From Eledone cirrhosa (lineage: Eukaryota), in the NCBI GenBank assembly GCA_964016885.1, contig OZ024742.1, positions 317,502,001 through 317,566,000 of the forward strand: a stretch of 64,000 bases of DNA, in the 5' to 3' direction. Below, piece after piece: positions 29,458-44,776 of this stretch (within the stretch, counting starts at the first letter, position 1; every line of letters begins with the position of its first letter). The notes under the pieces are model-generated. The model saw only the letters and a list, made by a program, of their open reading frames with translations. It did no database searches and was not told where the DNA came from. The position numbers and the translations under genes are program-made.

Positions 29458-31489
29458 AGTTGGTGTATGTTCTTCTGTACGGTGGAATACGAAATTATTC
29501 AAACTCATGAATTTCACAAATGTGCTCGGAATAATTTTGCCAATGCCTGACAAGCTAGTAACTTGATCTACTCTGCCAACCTTTGTTGCTGCTTCTATCA
29601 TTACAAGCGAAACACTTGATGGATTTGTCGACTGACCTCATGAACTATTTGTAGAACCATAAAATATTATTACAGGTATCATGAAAACATTGCCGCTAAA
29701 ATGGAGATATCAATTCCATGTATCAACTAAAAGTGTCGTCCCTGAATAGAAGCAGAGGCTGGACAGTTGTTGAGAGACTATTTAAAATCAAAAATCTCTT
29801 TATACCATTTAACTGGCGAGAGGAAGTAATGTGCAGTCTCTGTGCAGACCGTCGTAAGCTCGGAGGATTTAACACAGATAATATTTTGGTTGAATTATAC
29901 TAATTCATTAATTTATTCATAGTAGTTAAGGTAATATCAGACCAGTATATTTGTGAAAAGAAATGTTTTGGTAAATTTTAAATAAACGAATCAGAGAATT
30001 GGACATATAACAAGTAAGTTTAGGTATTGACGGGTTGCTTGTGATGTTTAGCTGGTGTATAAGAAATTCATAACCTATTTGTTGTGACGATTCTTCAGTT
30101 GGTTTTGACTATGAACATTCAGTCACTCAATCATATGAACATGCAACTTGTTGTTAAGTATTCCACTGACACGTGTACTCTATTGTAATTGTGGTATAAG
30201 CGATACGGTTGTATAAACATTAAAAACTGCTCGTGATTACATTTCTCTCAAGTATCTTCTTATATAGGGCACAGGGCTGTTACTACATAAAAAACACCTT
30301 GACTGCATATAAATTGGGGACAACAGTCTAGATTCAGTCACCAGCACACTACAACCAGCAGTCCGCAAACGTTTCTTCTCTTTGATTCTGCGCGTGGTAT
30401 TTGAACATTATTTGTTTCCATAATTAACAATCTTCTTCATCTTACTTCAACCCAAGCTCACCCGATACACCTACCTCTCTCCTTAATCTTTATTTTTATT
30501 GTCTCATCAAAACCTTTTCTTTTCACAATCATTATTTTCCAGTAACATAGCTTCCTATCAAGGCAAATTTCTCCTATGGGTTTCAACCTGCATCACTTCA
30601 TACTAAACAACAATTCACAGAACTGTTTTGTTTATCCCTCACTGAACGTAAAAGCATTACGTATGTCTATACAATACAGCCGCCTCAAAATAAATAGTTT
30701 TCTATGACTAACAACACATAATTGGGACCGCATCTTCGTGCTCTCTCGTGTAACTTTATTCTTTGTATAAGGTTAATAACTGTAGGCAACTTCAGTATTT
30801 AATGTCTTAGAAAATTCTGATTTGTTAAAATCTTAGCTGAAGCCTATCATAACAGTAATATTTAACTTTTTTAAATTCTTCTTATGACTTATTTATTGTA
30901 ACATTACAAGGTAACTGGAATTTGTAATGTCAAGCATCTGCCGGAAGTGGATGCTTTTACTTATGAATCAGGTGATACTTTGACTTACGTATGTAAGACA
31001 TCTATTGTCGGAGATTGCTTCTTATACTGTTTTTCAATTGTGTGCTGTGAAATAAGGTGTAGTTTCATTACAATAGCTGCTACATACAGTCTATTGACCT
31101 CTAATGTATATGTCAAGCCAACGCCAGTTATATAGCAATTCAAGTAATGTAAGTAATTTCATATAGATCCTTCACTCTCTCATCACTGCTATGTGATCAG
31201 CAAGGACATGGTCGAGGATGTTAAGACGTTCGCTAATGGAATAAATTGGAACACAGTGATTGGTTGTTGAAATGGCCGATATACAGAAAGTTGTTAACTA
31301 TATCTATCTGAAACCAACACATCAACAAAAATATATGTACTGTTTAACGTGTAATATCTTTTCATACAGTGTCAGGCTCAAAATAGTTGTATTTTGTAGG
31401 AATAGAGCATTTACTAGGAGGGTTTTCCCCTTATCCGTATTGCTAGCCTTGTGCCAATGTTAGGCATAATTATTATAGAGAGTCGAGTA

Positions 31490-31660
31490 CGGTGTGCTGA
31501 CGGTATCGGTAGAGCACCGAACAAAATGCTTTGTGCTATTTATTTTCTGAGTTGAAATCTTAAGTCGATAAAATAAATTATCAGTAATGCACTGGGGTTG
31601 ATATAACCAAATCTCTCTTTCTCTCAAATTCCTAGCATTGTACTTATTCTAGAAAACATT
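31490..31660 (+). mobile_element. Degenerate tRNA-derived SINE
   Basis: gtatcggtagagc...ctgagttgaaatc...gtcgataaaataaa...cagtaatgcactgggg. Confidence 0.7.
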
Positions 31661-32314
31661 ATCATAGATAGTCAGTTATATATTCCAGGTAGTTTAGTAA
31701 TATCTTCTGTCTGTGGAGACCTAGGTAGGAATTAAACAATTTATCTCATACACATTCCTAATATTTCTTTTTACATGAGCATCACCACATCACCTCGATT
31801 TAAGTCACCTAACATTTATAACTTTAGCCAGTTAGCGTTCATAGAATCACTGACATTTTTATGCCTACCATATATATTTATTTCTGTTTTAACATCATCT
31901 CTCTGTACCAACTTAACAATCACTAAATTCTGTTTATTCGCCAAATAAGTTGATTCATATTCTCATTCACTAAACGAATATCATCATAATTTCTTCTTTT
32001 ATTTTGTCTTATATTGCATTTATATGTCTTAGAAATATCTTATGACATGGTTTCAATGAAAATGAAATTAAATGGAAACCGTTCTTTTCATATACCTGAT
32101 CATTCTCCGATGAATGAAAGCAACAACTGTATTGGAAAAAGTTATTGGCCGTAGGAATGACCGATTTACAAAATGTCATTGATGATATCTATCTGAAGTA
32201 TTATGTCCATTTAGTAAAGAATGATAAGAATATTTCAATTGTGACGTAAATAATGGCTATATTTTTATGGAATGACATTTAGAACTGAACTATTTAAGTT
32301 TCTAGGCAATGTTA

Positions 32315-32355
32315 TCCCACGTGTTTTAGTGGTTAGGATTCCTGGTTTTCACCCA
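32315..32355 (+). pseudogene. 5' fragment of tRNA-Glu(TTC)
   Basis: tcccacgtgttttagtggttaggattcctggttttcaccca resembles the 5' portion of metazoan tRNA-Glu-TTC; no T-arm or 3' acceptor strand. Confidence 0.65.
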
Positions 32356-32918
32356 AAAGACTCATTGATAATTCTTTGTCCAATCGGTAGAAATATGGTA
32401 ACAATCCCCGCTGTTCATGTAACAGGCAGTTCTTCGATTCACATCCGTCACATCGTATTTGAGTCACCTAACATATAGAGATATGACCAGTCACTGTTCT
32501 TATTATTATTTACATCTTTTATTCTTACAGAGTACTGTGCTTAATTCCTCTTATTTTGCCATCCTTCCATCTCTACCAACTCAACAATCGTTAACTTCTT
32601 TCCATTCACGAATGAAATAATTCATATTCTTATTCACTGAACGATTATCATAGTAAGAATCCTACCTAATGTGACGTATATACTTAAGAGAAATAGCTTA
32701 CGAGAGGGTTTATGTGAAATCGAAAGTACAAAGTTATCGTTCTTTTCATACAACTCATTATTATTGGTTGAATGGAAGGATAAGATGTACAGGAAAATAG
32801 TGCTTGGTGGTAGGAGTTGCCGATGTGTAGAAAATTGTTGATTATATATATCTGGGGAATTATAAAGATGTGTCTGTATGTGCCTGTGTATATGTGTGTA
32901 CTTCGTATATGTCTGTGC

Positions 32919-32971
<53 letters not shown>

Positions 32972-33299
32972 TGCGTGAATACGTTTTGGATGTATTTGTT
33001 ATGTGATCGGGTGATTTGAATCACATGTGACTGTCGACATAGCAATGGTTGCACAGGTTTGACTTGATTCCCAGCAGCAAATACCTACATATCAACTGTA
33101 TAATGGCTTTCTCTACTGCTTCGCTTTCGCAATGAATTATGCTCTTCCTTGCTAGCACTCAAAACCGCATCGGTTGATGGTGTTGCCTAGCTAGTATTCT
33201 ACAGGACATCTACAGGCCACCGTTATGAACTAGCATTTCTCCACTCGTCACTGGTACTTAGAGCGTTTCTAAGTAATATTCTTTCTTGTTGTATGCTTC

Positions 33300-33445
33300 A
33301 ATAGAGTCGTTAGAACGTCGTATAGAATGCTTTATGTTATTCGTTCCGGTTCACTACTCTCTGAGTTCAAATCCCACCGAGGTCAACTTTGCTTTCCAGC
33401 CTTTTGAGGTCGATGAAAAAGTACCAGTCTAGTACTGGGTCTATT
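33300..33445 (+). mobile_element. tRNA-derived SINE fragment
   Basis: ctgagttcaaatcccaccgaggtcaactttgctttcc...gtcgatgaaaaagtaccag. Confidence 0.75.
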
Positions 33446-33660
33446 CTTCCTACATATCTCTTTCTCATTTCCTCTCTCTCTCCTTCTATCTTTCTCTTGA
33501 AGAAATTTGCTGCACTCAGGCCTGGAGAGGGGTGGGCTCCACCACGCTTTAACAAAATGCCCAAGTAACGCCGTATGTCAATACAACGCACCTACGACTC
33601 TATCAGGAGTTACGGGACTATACATACATACAAACGTACATACATATATACATATATACA

Positions 33661-34955
33661 GAACTGTCAGCGTACAACAAATACATTGCCCACAATACTT
33701 ATGCTGTGCCAATTCTAACGCCAACATTTGACCTGTTGAACTGGTCATTGCAAGAACTAAGTGAGATGGATGTTAGAACTCGCAAACTTCTCAGTGTTAC
33801 TGGGAACTTTAACATCAATGGTGATGTGGATAGGCTATACTTCTCACGCAAGGAAAGTGGCCGGAGTCTAAAATCCATATTAACATCATATGATACCCGG
33901 ATAGTAACACTGAAGCAAGACCTTCAACAGAGGAAAAAGGTTGGCAACCATCTTGCCCAGGTTTATGAGCATGAAAAAAAATATATCATTAGAATAGCGA
34001 CTGATCTGGAGTAGAGATATGGAATAAAGCCTGATATAAATTTCTCACCCAGAGAAATCGGAAGATCCTATTCAATGTTCAAACAAGATGAAAAAATTGA
34101 CCAATTTACAGAAAAAGTTGTGCATGGATACTTGAGACGTAAAACACAGACCATAGAGGGGATAAACCACTCAAAAAGCCTGGCATGGAGTTCCGACAGG
34201 TTTATGACATCACACCTTGAGGGATATCTCTATGCAATACAGTAACAAGAACTCCCTACCAAATATCTGCTGCACAAAAAGAGAGGGTCATCAGCTGACA
34301 ATAAATGTAGGCTATGTAAAACAAAGATCGAGGATGTAAGCCACATTGTTGCCAGCTGCGAAAGAATGTCATCTCGCTACTACCTCCCCATGAGACACGA
34401 TGGGATAGCTAGAACCATCTGGAACGCACTTCGGAAAACAAAATTAACAACAAACTAGGAAGAATATATTGAGACAGATGGCACTAAGGAATACTGGTGG
34501 AACCTGAAAATAAAAACTGCCACCAAATTAAAGCATAACCGGCCTGATATTTTTGTTTGGGACCACACATTGAAAACGTGTTCTGTTGTGGGGATCAGCT
34601 GCCCACTTGATGTAAACGTTGTCAGAAAAATACAGGAGAAGGAGGACATCTACGGACCATTGATGAGGAGTTTACAAATCCAGTATCCAAGATACACCTT
34701 TAGCTTCATACCCATCATTATTGGAGCTACGGGTTATATACCAACCCGTTTGGACCAAAGTATGACTCAACTTGGATTTGCTGACAAAGAGCTCCCTAAT
34801 TCATAGTCTACAAATGGCTGCGATAGCTGGCACCTTCAAAATTTGCAAAACATTCTTGCGATTCAAGGGATGACAATTTCTTTTCTTTTACAACCTTGCC
34901 ACCAGGAAGGTGGCCGGTCAAAAAAATATACTCAAAATTAAGAGAAAGAGATAAC
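33661..34955 (+). pseudogene. 5'-truncated R4/Dong-clade non-LTR retrotransposon (RT thumb, CCHC knuckle, restriction-like endonuclease)
   Basis: DVRTRKLL, RLYFSRKESGRSL, HGYL, CRLCK...HIVASC, RHD, RPDI, EKEDIY, IPIIIGATG; in-frame stops; flanked by (TACA)n. Confidence 0.88.
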
Positions 34956-35080
34956 ATACATACATACATACATACATATATACATACATACATACATACA
35001 TACATACATACATACATACATACATACATGCTTCAATAAGCTATTTCCGGGACACTGTAAATTCAAGCATAAACCAGTTT

Positions 35081-35164
<84 letters not shown>

Positions 35165-37109
35165 ACGTGCGCGTCTTGTTGTGTGTAAGTGTTATTCCCT
35201 TATATAGTGGTGGATTATTGAAATGCCAGTAACATCTAAGTAAGTAACAAACTAAACTTCTTATCACTAAACGAAACTATATAAATAATTAATTTGAAAT
35301 ATTGAATTTATGCAGGATTGCCATGCTAATTTAACAATCTTGTACAGTGTCAATTAGCCATCTAGTCTATTCAAAACCCCGTGCTACCTAGCATATAATT
35401 ATATCCTACATTACGGCCAATAATAATCGTAAAAATGCACACAGTTTTTATGGCTTAATAAATTAACACGTTTAAATAAAACTTAGGTCTTTTTACTCAT
35501 GAAATTTCAAAACTTAATAAAGTATTATTTACACTAAACCAGTACATCAATGCTATCTTAAGATTTCACTTGATTAATAATTTCCTAAAAATAAAAATCT
35601 CGCTTGAAATCCTTGATTTGATCATAACTGTTAGCTTCGTCCGGTTTTGTTCAATATTTAGACTTGCAAAATGGCTAATAATAACCTAGATGTATTAATA
35701 AGGATTTATAGTCATTGTCATACTCTTGATTTCAGTAAATGGCATAATTATTTCTTAAATATGGCATCATTTGTCTGTCTCATGAGCTATAGTAGTACAT
35801 CACTATGTAAAGACTATGTTTCTATTTTCATATTCTTCTTTCTTACTGCTTTTCTTTGGTAAAAGATATTGAATACAACGTCTTCGTATGCATTTCGAGA
35901 ACGATTAGATCTTTGCTGTTAATGTAGTCCTTGAACAGCAGTAGGTCAATGGAAAATATGTAGAGAGATAATTTCAGGGCATCGACGTTCTGAGAAGGAA
36001 GGACTAGGGGTTAGTTTAGTTCCTAGAGGTGGACACAATATTGCTGACGGCTGGAGAAACGACGAGTAAGACTGGGAAGCCTGAGTAAAGATAGCACACG
36101 AAAATGTCACATAGTTGTAATAGTTTGAGTAAAGCACAACTACAATTACCGCAGTTGTTTTTCTTGCTCAAGATTTAAGGATTTCGAGATGCTATGGCAG
36201 ATATAGGAACACAGTATATTGTTTATGTTGTTTCCGTAATTGCTGTTGTTGTTGTTGTCGTTTTCGTTGGTGCGTTACTTTTGTTGCTGTTTCATGCCAT
36301 AACAACCCTCATCGAAAAGATCTGTGATCACATGATTCAAGTTTACATCATACCATTGTTAGAGTGTATATACATTCTTAATTCAGTATGAGGGTGATTT
36401 GGCGTTCTTTTTAGAAAGATGAGTGACTCTCTAGACGCTCCGCCGTATAAGTAGTTCACACAAACATAAAGCAATTTCTCTGGGGATGGATACTAACGGA
36501 GATAAATAGGACGATAATTTCACCTCATTTCATTTCTGAAGCCTACAGTTATGATAGTCTGTGAGAAGATAGATATATTTTAGCGACTAATATAAACGAA
36601 TTTGATATACGGTAATCTAATTTTCATAATGTCCCGTGTGGCTTAAATTGATGGCCAGAAATGATTATAGTCTAATGAAAAAGACAAGGCGAGTATCCAT
36701 AAAAGACAGCTAGAAATTTGAAATATATTTATGATGTTGAAGAAATCATTCGTAAAAACGAATTAGCCTGGTATAAGCGCAATGTGCAGTGTGGTAGGAA
36801 CAGCAGCTCAGGTGGTTAAATCACATAGCTAAAAAAATAGTTGCAATGAATCAGACACAGACAGGTTACATAACTCTAGAAAAATGTTTCTAGGGAAGTG
36901 GTTTAAGGAAAGATACATAGAGTTCTAAATTAGATTTTCTTTGACAAGCATAAAGTATTAACATTAGTTCTTTAGAAATGAACAGGAAAATAGAAACAAT
37001 TTTCTTAGATCTGGTTCTAGGAAAAAATGATGGAAAAGTTGTTGCCACACGAATTTTATAATAAACAATCTTCGCCGCTGTCACCAACATCACCAACACC
37101 GCCGCCACC

Positions 37110-37115
37110 ATTATT

Positions 37116-37146
<31 letters not shown>

Positions 37147-37450
37147 CTATTATTATCTGGCAAAGAATGATGGAACAGTTGTTGCCACACAAATTTTATA
37201 TTAAACATTCACCATCATCGCTGCCACCACCACCACTACCATCATCATTATCACCATCATCATCACAATCATCATCATCACCATCATAATCACCATCGTC
37301 ATTATCATCATCATCATTATCATCATCATCATCATTATCATCACCATCATCATTATCATGATCATCATCACCACCATCATCATGATTTTAATCGTCATCA
37401 TCATCAATATCATCATCTTCATCACCATCATCACCATCATCATCATCACC
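37110..37450. repeat. (CAT/CAC)n trinucleotide repeat region
   Basis: Direct reading. Confidence 0.9.
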
Positions 37451-37539
37451 AGCACAAATCTTGCCCTCATCATAACAATATTTGTCATCATTAGTCTTAT
37501 GATTTTGTCCTCATTATATTCTTGCCATTGTTACGTCCC

Positions 37540-37665
37540 TTTACGATCTGAGTTGAAATCCCGCCGAGGTTGACTTTGCCTTTCATCCTTATGGGATCGA
37601 TAAAATAAAGTACCAGTAATGCACTGAGTAATTGCTGGCCTTTTGCCTAAAGTAGAAACAATTAT
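37540..37665 (+). mobile_element. 5'-truncated tRNA-derived SINE
   Basis: gcctttcatccttatgggatcgataaaataaagtaccag core; tail gtagaaacaatta. Confidence 0.8.
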
Positions 37666-37988
37666 ATTCTTGCCATTGTCATTATCAGAAATTATACATT
37701 AATGCCGGCATACTTAAAATCATATAATCATATAACTTAAAATCATATAATTAGTTTAATTAATATGATGAATAATTATGGTTTTTTATTAAGTAATAAT
37801 TCAAATTAACATTTCGTTACATTTATCCTCCTCTCACCCCTCCTTCTCTTTCTCTTTTAACCTCACTCTTTCTATGTCTCATCTCTCTCTCTCTCATTCA
37901 CTTTCTCTCTCTCTTCTCTTACCTTTCCCTCTCTCTCATTCACTTTCTCTCTCTCTTCTCCTACCTTTCGGTCATTAATATATGTATA

Positions 37989-38574
37989 TCTGTATATATA
38001 TAAAGCTGAAGTTGTCTGTGTGTGTGTGTATATGTGTGTGTGGACAATTTTTAATATACTGTATATTCTAAACCATTCATGCGATTTCTTTGAAATTTTT
38101 TACAGAGCTTCTCCTTGCAAAACATCTGTACATGATCTACAAAGGCTTTCAAAAATCGATATTGGGGCCTTTAAAAAAGTTTCGGTTATTTGTGTCAATT
38201 TTCGTGATTAAGTAAGACAAGAGTTATCTTTCGTTAATACAATAGTAACTGATTTTTGATGCTGACAAAAATTTTGTTTTGAGATTTTCATTATTACAAT
38301 TCGGCTCATTCGGATTTTGCTTTATTCTTTGTACTTGAAACAAAAGGTTTTACTGTTGTCAAAAAAATGTATACCTAGACTGGATTTCTGTTGTTACATG
38401 GGATAACGGATGACACCGAGCTCACATATTAATTATTTCACTGGAATAGTGCCTGAGGTTTTCATGTTTACATAAAGTACATTTTTCTTCTATGTATTCA
38501 AATTTACTTTGTTTAGTTTAATGAGCTACATCGAAAGCTACTTGAACCGTCCAAAGGACGGGTACTTTTGCTAG
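37989..38574 (+). mobile_element. Non-autonomous Helitron (586 bp)
   Basis: 5' a|TCtgtatatatataaagctgaagttgtctgtgtg; 3' hairpin ccgtcc-aaa-ggacgg followed by CTAG|t; inserted between A and T with no TSD. Confidence 0.85.
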
Positions 38575-38753
38575 TATATATATATATATATACATGCATA
38601 TATATACATGCATATATATATATATATACATGCATATATATACATGCATATATATATATATATACATGCATATATATACATGCATATATATATATATATA
38701 CATGCATATATATACATGCATATATATATATACATGCATATATATATACATGC

Positions 38754-38785
<32 letters not shown>

Positions 38786-38839
38786 ATGTTTATGTGTATA
38801 TATAGTATTTATTTACATATATATGTATATATATATATT

Positions 38840-38924
<85 letters not shown>

Positions 38925-38961
38925 ATAATAATAAATTTGAAGACTAAAATCTGTTATTTTA

Positions 38962-39001
<40 letters not shown>

Positions 39002-39084
39002 GAACGATCGACTTTCGTCAAATCGGACCGAGGGAACAATGTTTCCGTTGGTCTTTCCAATTGCTAATACTCTCTATCGGTCGC

Positions 39085-39387
<303 letters not shown>

Positions 39388-39998
39388 ATAATAATAAATG
39401 TGAAGAGTAAAATCCTAAGAGGGCTCGATAAGGGTAAAAATATATCAAATATATAAGAGCCCTAGAGCAAATATTTATTAAAGTGGTTTCAGAAGATCCC
39501 GTTAAGGGTGAAAGTACCGATTCTTTGCTTAAACTTTAATCTGTTATTTTAATTAAAAAAAAATAATATATATATACAATAATGAGAAATACACAGATAC
39601 ATGTGAATACATACATATACATGCATATACACACATATATCTTCACAAGTATGTGAGATTTTGTGTTGCCAACCTTAACCGTTGTTGCTCTGTGATTAAG
39701 AGGGACAAAATAATCGGAAAGAATTATGGCTATAAGGGACTTAGCTCTGTTTCTTGACCGCTGTATCACGTGATAGATCCCCCTCCGCCTTCCCGGGATT
39801 TTCTCTCGCGCGATGCGGAAAGGTTTTGAAACTTTATATGAGGTATTCTCTTGATAAGTTGGCAAACCTCACAAGAATACTACATCTCTATGATATAAGA
39901 TTTTTGCAAAGTAGCCACGAAACTGTACAGTCGAGAATGTGAAGAAATAATAGGTATTTGTTTATTTATTTATTTATGTTTCTTCTTTCTTTATAATG

Positions 39999-40051
<53 letters not shown>

Positions 40052-40101
40052 TATAAATATATACATATATACACACACATATATATATATATAGTGTTTA
40101 C

Positions 40102-40166
<65 letters not shown>

Positions 40167-42242
40167 TATATATGTAAATAAATACTATGGGCAGACGCAT
40201 GTGTGTATATGAATATGTGCTTATGTACGTATGTGGACATATTTAAAGAGTTTCAAATGTATGTATATATGTATGGCTATGCCTATGAAATTAGTAATAT
40301 GTAAATTTATTTGTTTTGGTACTATTATATATCATGTATACGAATTTATTTACTAATTATACATGCATATTTTTATATGTCTGTTTTATATATATTGGAA
40401 GATAAACAAACATAAAAATTTACCCGATACAAGCAGTGATTTTTATTCATTCAAGGCTGGATATTCATTGAGAAGTTACTTCGAGGCGAGAAAGATGGAT
40501 GAACTTAGCGAGGATAAAGTGACCAGTTCTTGTTTTTCAATGAGTCTTATCATATAACCACCCGTAACAGATAAACTGTAATAAACCTTTGAATAAGAGC
40601 AGCGTTACTGTTAGCTTTAGCTGCTTAAGTAATCGCATCTCAAATATATAACCTAAATCAAAGATCATACATTCAAAAACACTCGGTGATACTCGTCAGG
40701 ATATAATTAAATCCATATTTAATTGGCAAAGTAGTAATATAAATTAACTCAACATTACATTATATCAAGCAGAAAATAAATGCAGGTATGGTAAAAAAAA
40801 TGCAGACATATGTGTGTTTGTGAACGTGTGTTCACTGTGGCATGTGATATGCTTGCTTCTGGTGCTAGCCGCCTCCTGTTGAGCATAGCTCCTTAAAATG
40901 GATGAAATCCGTTGTTAGCCGACCGTTGGTGCAGTAATTAACGCACTCGTCTAGAATTTGCGAGATACGGTGTTCGATTCTTCGCAGCAACTACTGGCCT
41001 CGTTTTCCTGTCCCTATGAGTATTTTACCTAATTATCTATAGCGATCGACTGTGATTTTTTACGTTTATATTACTCCACACACACGTGCATATATATATA
41101 ACTGATATTAATGAGATATTATATTTAAGTGGGGGAAACCATAAACGTTCATATTAAATTTAGCAAAATAGATTATGATTTGATATATTCAGTCTGTTGT
41201 ATTCTAAACACGTCTGGCACATGTCAAGCTGTTATTAAATATACAAAATTGACGAGACAGCAGACGACAGCTATTCGAACAAAATATCGATAGAGAATGA
41301 GGTATTTTTCTCAAGGAATCCTCAGACTTAACTCTTAGACTTAGAAATATCATAATAGAATTATTTTGTTCTTTTCGAAAAGATCGAGACAGTTATGAAG
41401 AACAAATCTTTTAAGACGATGGCAGGGGAAAACTAAGGATGATCACTAAAAGAATTGTTAAAACGAATTGCAGTATAAAATATATGGTCATTGTTGAATA
41501 TAATATATAAATATATGTAATATTCTATGAAGGCGTACAACAAATCTTTACTAATCTATTATTTGCTATATACTCTTGCGTGTATATGTGCTGTTCTGTA
41601 TAGACAGTAACTCTATATATTTTGACCGTTGGCCGTAAATGTTGTCGTGTGTGAGTATGTATGTAAGTTTGTATATGCGCTTGAATGTATGTATTTATGT
41701 GAATATGTGAATGTATGTATTTATGTGAATATTTATGTGAATGTATGTATTTATGTGAATGTATGTATTTATGTGTCTATTTATATATGGATGTTTGTGA
41801 AGGTGCGTCTTTCATTTTGTTTTTCTTGGCTGTATGTTAGATCTGTTTCCATTTATGCATTTGTATTTTAATATGTCTGCCACCGGTTCTGATTAATTCG
41901 ATCGGATTGCTTTTGTTTTAACCTAGTTTAATGAATAGATGATGGTACTGCGACCAGGTGAAGTGTTATGACTTTATGCTACTAAGACATCAATCCCATT
42001 TTAGACATTATCGAGTTGTTGATGTGGTCTGGGAATCTGTGAATAGGATTGTAACCTTTAACAATGAAAGAAAAGAAAGAATTGGAAATATAATTGAATG
42101 TTTCATATCTTGCTGTGTCTGGCATTACATATCAATATTACTTAGTAAGTGCATCAGCGGAATTCACATCTAACGCCCACAAACTAAATCGTCCATTAAC
42201 TCTAAAACTGAAATGACCTCAGTCGTTATAGTTATACCACGG

Positions 42243-42285
<43 letters not shown>

Positions 42286-42338
42286 TGTGTATGTGTGTGC
42301 GTGATTGTGTATGTATGTGTGTGTTAGAGCTATATGTA

Positions 42339-42410
<72 letters not shown>

Positions 42411-43079
42411 TGCGTGTGTTTTGTGCGCGGGCGTGCGTGTATGCATGCATATATGAATGAATGCATGTATGCATACATGCATATATGTATGCATGTATAC
42501 ATGCTTATGTGTATAAATGTATATGTGTGTGTGTGTGTGCATGTAGCATGTGTGTATGTGTGTCTGTGTATGTGTATGTGTATGTGTGTGTGTCTGTGTG
42601 TGTCTGTGTGTGTGTCTGTGTATGTGTTGCAGCAATCATGTAGTTAAAATCATTCATTCACACGCATGCTGTAATGTCATTGAACACTCAGTTCTTGTTA
42701 GAGTGGGGCAACTTTAGATGTTCCTAGGTCTGTGCTTTCTTCAAGCTATCAGAGCACTAATGTTTACTGTAATGTTTACTGAGTATCTGTAGCTAACTCT
42801 TCTGTTGTATTTTCTCTATGTGATTTTTTTGTTGCTTCTTATGTAGCTACACGTGCAGGAACAAGAATCTTTTCCTTTCGTTTTGTCCGTAATTCTTGGT
42901 TGAGTCGTAGGGATGCCGTAGTGATATAAAGTGTTTCTTGGTCGACTTTTCAAACCTAGTGGAATCCATCCCCTTTCCAGATTGAAACACAGCCGATTTC
43001 CTTCAGAGAATGAAGGAATTAGTGAGTGAGAAGAAATGAGAAAGAGATATAGAAGAAGAATTAATCATTGTTTTTGACT

Positions 43080-43220
43080 GGTATTTGTATTTATTGACCA
43101 CGAAAGGGAAAAAAAGGAAGATTGGCTGGCCTTGACGTAATTCGAACTCATGGCACAGGGAGCCGGAGAAAATAATGCAGAACATTATATCCGATGTTTG
43201 AACAACGCTGTCACTTCATC
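43080..43220 (-). mobile_element. Degenerate tRNA-derived SINE
   Basis: ctggtatttgtatttattgacc...ttcgaactca. Confidence 0.55.
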
Positions 43221-43254
43221 ATTGTAGGAAAATGAATAGTCTGTCTGTCTTCAA

Positions 43255-43505
43255 CCAGGAGGCTCGTTAAGCCGGTGCCTATGCCGGTTTCATTGCGTGA
43301 AGCGAGATGAGAGTACAAGACTCCCCTTGGACAGGACACCAGTCCATCGCAGAGTTAAACCCCCAGCTATTGCTGGTACTCGTTTTCACTGAGTATATTG
43401 GAGCAACGTGAAATGAAGTGGTTTGCTCAAGAACACAACACACAACAACCCAGCTCAGGAATCGAACCTACGACATTATTATCGTACGTCCAACACCCTT
43501 ACCAC
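43255..43505 (-). mobile_element. tRNA-derived SINE with V-domain-like body
   Basis: ggacaggacaccagtccatcgcag and ggaatcgaacc; head shared with 39085-39210. Confidence 0.7.
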
Positions 43506-44705
43506 ATAATCAAATATTTCTGAAGAGTCTAATTTATTTAGGAAAGAGCTAATTCTTCGCTCGTGTCTACTCGGTGGCAAGTCCCTCAAAAAATCACTAG
43601 CGTACAAAGCCAAAATAATTCGGGGAAATTCCACCTGACTCACAGAAGATTTATTTTCATGCGGAAATGTACAAGAGAAACAAGAAATTCCGCCTATCGA
43701 AGTTGATAATTTTACATAGCATATTAATTATAACTATAATTCAGCAATATGGGAACGAAATTGTTATCGAAAAATGTCAAGATTTAATTAAAATTGAATA
43801 TGATATTTTGTAAGAATAGGTATCAAGATTGATTACCAAATACCTGTCTTTGAACAAACACCCCAGTCTTCTAAAAAATGATAAATATTGCAATTCCGTG
43901 CATGAAAAGCACATTTTACTGCCATATTGTTTTATTTAGTGTACAGTTTTTTTTGGTTTAGCCCAAGAGAGCCCCTGATTTGGAAGACCTGTGATCAAAA
44001 GCACAGTATCTAGATATAAATGTCTACAGATATACATCTTGACCCAAAATTATTCAGTTACAAACTATGTTCAGCCTCACAAAACCCCGAATTCAGCCAA
44101 TTAGGCCGTATCTAAGTGAGCACAATACTCTTTGGATTTAAAGATAAAAGGTTACTGGACAAGTCAAAATATTCCGAAGACATAATTACATATCAGCTAT
44201 TGACACTCGGAATCTTTTAAATGTACAGAAAAATCGTATTTCTTACATAACTAACCTACACCATCATCTAAGTCATACTTAGACTACAATCACAACACTA
44301 TTGAGTTCTTGAGAACAATTTTCTTCCTTCTTTTTCTTCCATGCTATATTTAGTCTTCGAACAAATGCTGCAAATTTCATTTGATAGAAATTTATTACTA
44401 CTTCCAGACGTTCATTTATGTTCATGGAAACACTGAATAAGTTATAATGCTGGCTTTTACGTAAAAAGTTCATTGAAAGTTCGCAGCTTAATAATATAAT
44501 ACTGAAAGCTCTTGCTGCAATGTAGAATAGCAGGAAGAAACTGAAACATCAAATTGGCAACATTTCAAGAATTAATTTAAGTTATACTTGAATAGAGTAC
44601 ATGTAGCGATTTAAATAATTGTACTGTGGGATTTAGTTTCAATTGAACTCACATGTAATGCCTGTATGTGTGCTATTTCTTCTGTGTGAGTGTACGATTG
44701 TGCGC

Positions 44706-44776
<71 letters not shown>

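Noticed and set aside
39486-39522. cagaaga-tccc(gttaa)gggt-gaaa-gtac hammerhead-like motif
   Set aside because: Core, cleavage triplet and stem I are all mutated.
40918-40990. tRNA-like sequence with A/B boxes
   Set aside because: No complete cloverleaf; probably a decayed SINE head, not a tRNA gene.
43519-43557. ctgaaga...gaaa-gagc-ta motif
   Set aside because: No stem I, and stem II does not close properly.
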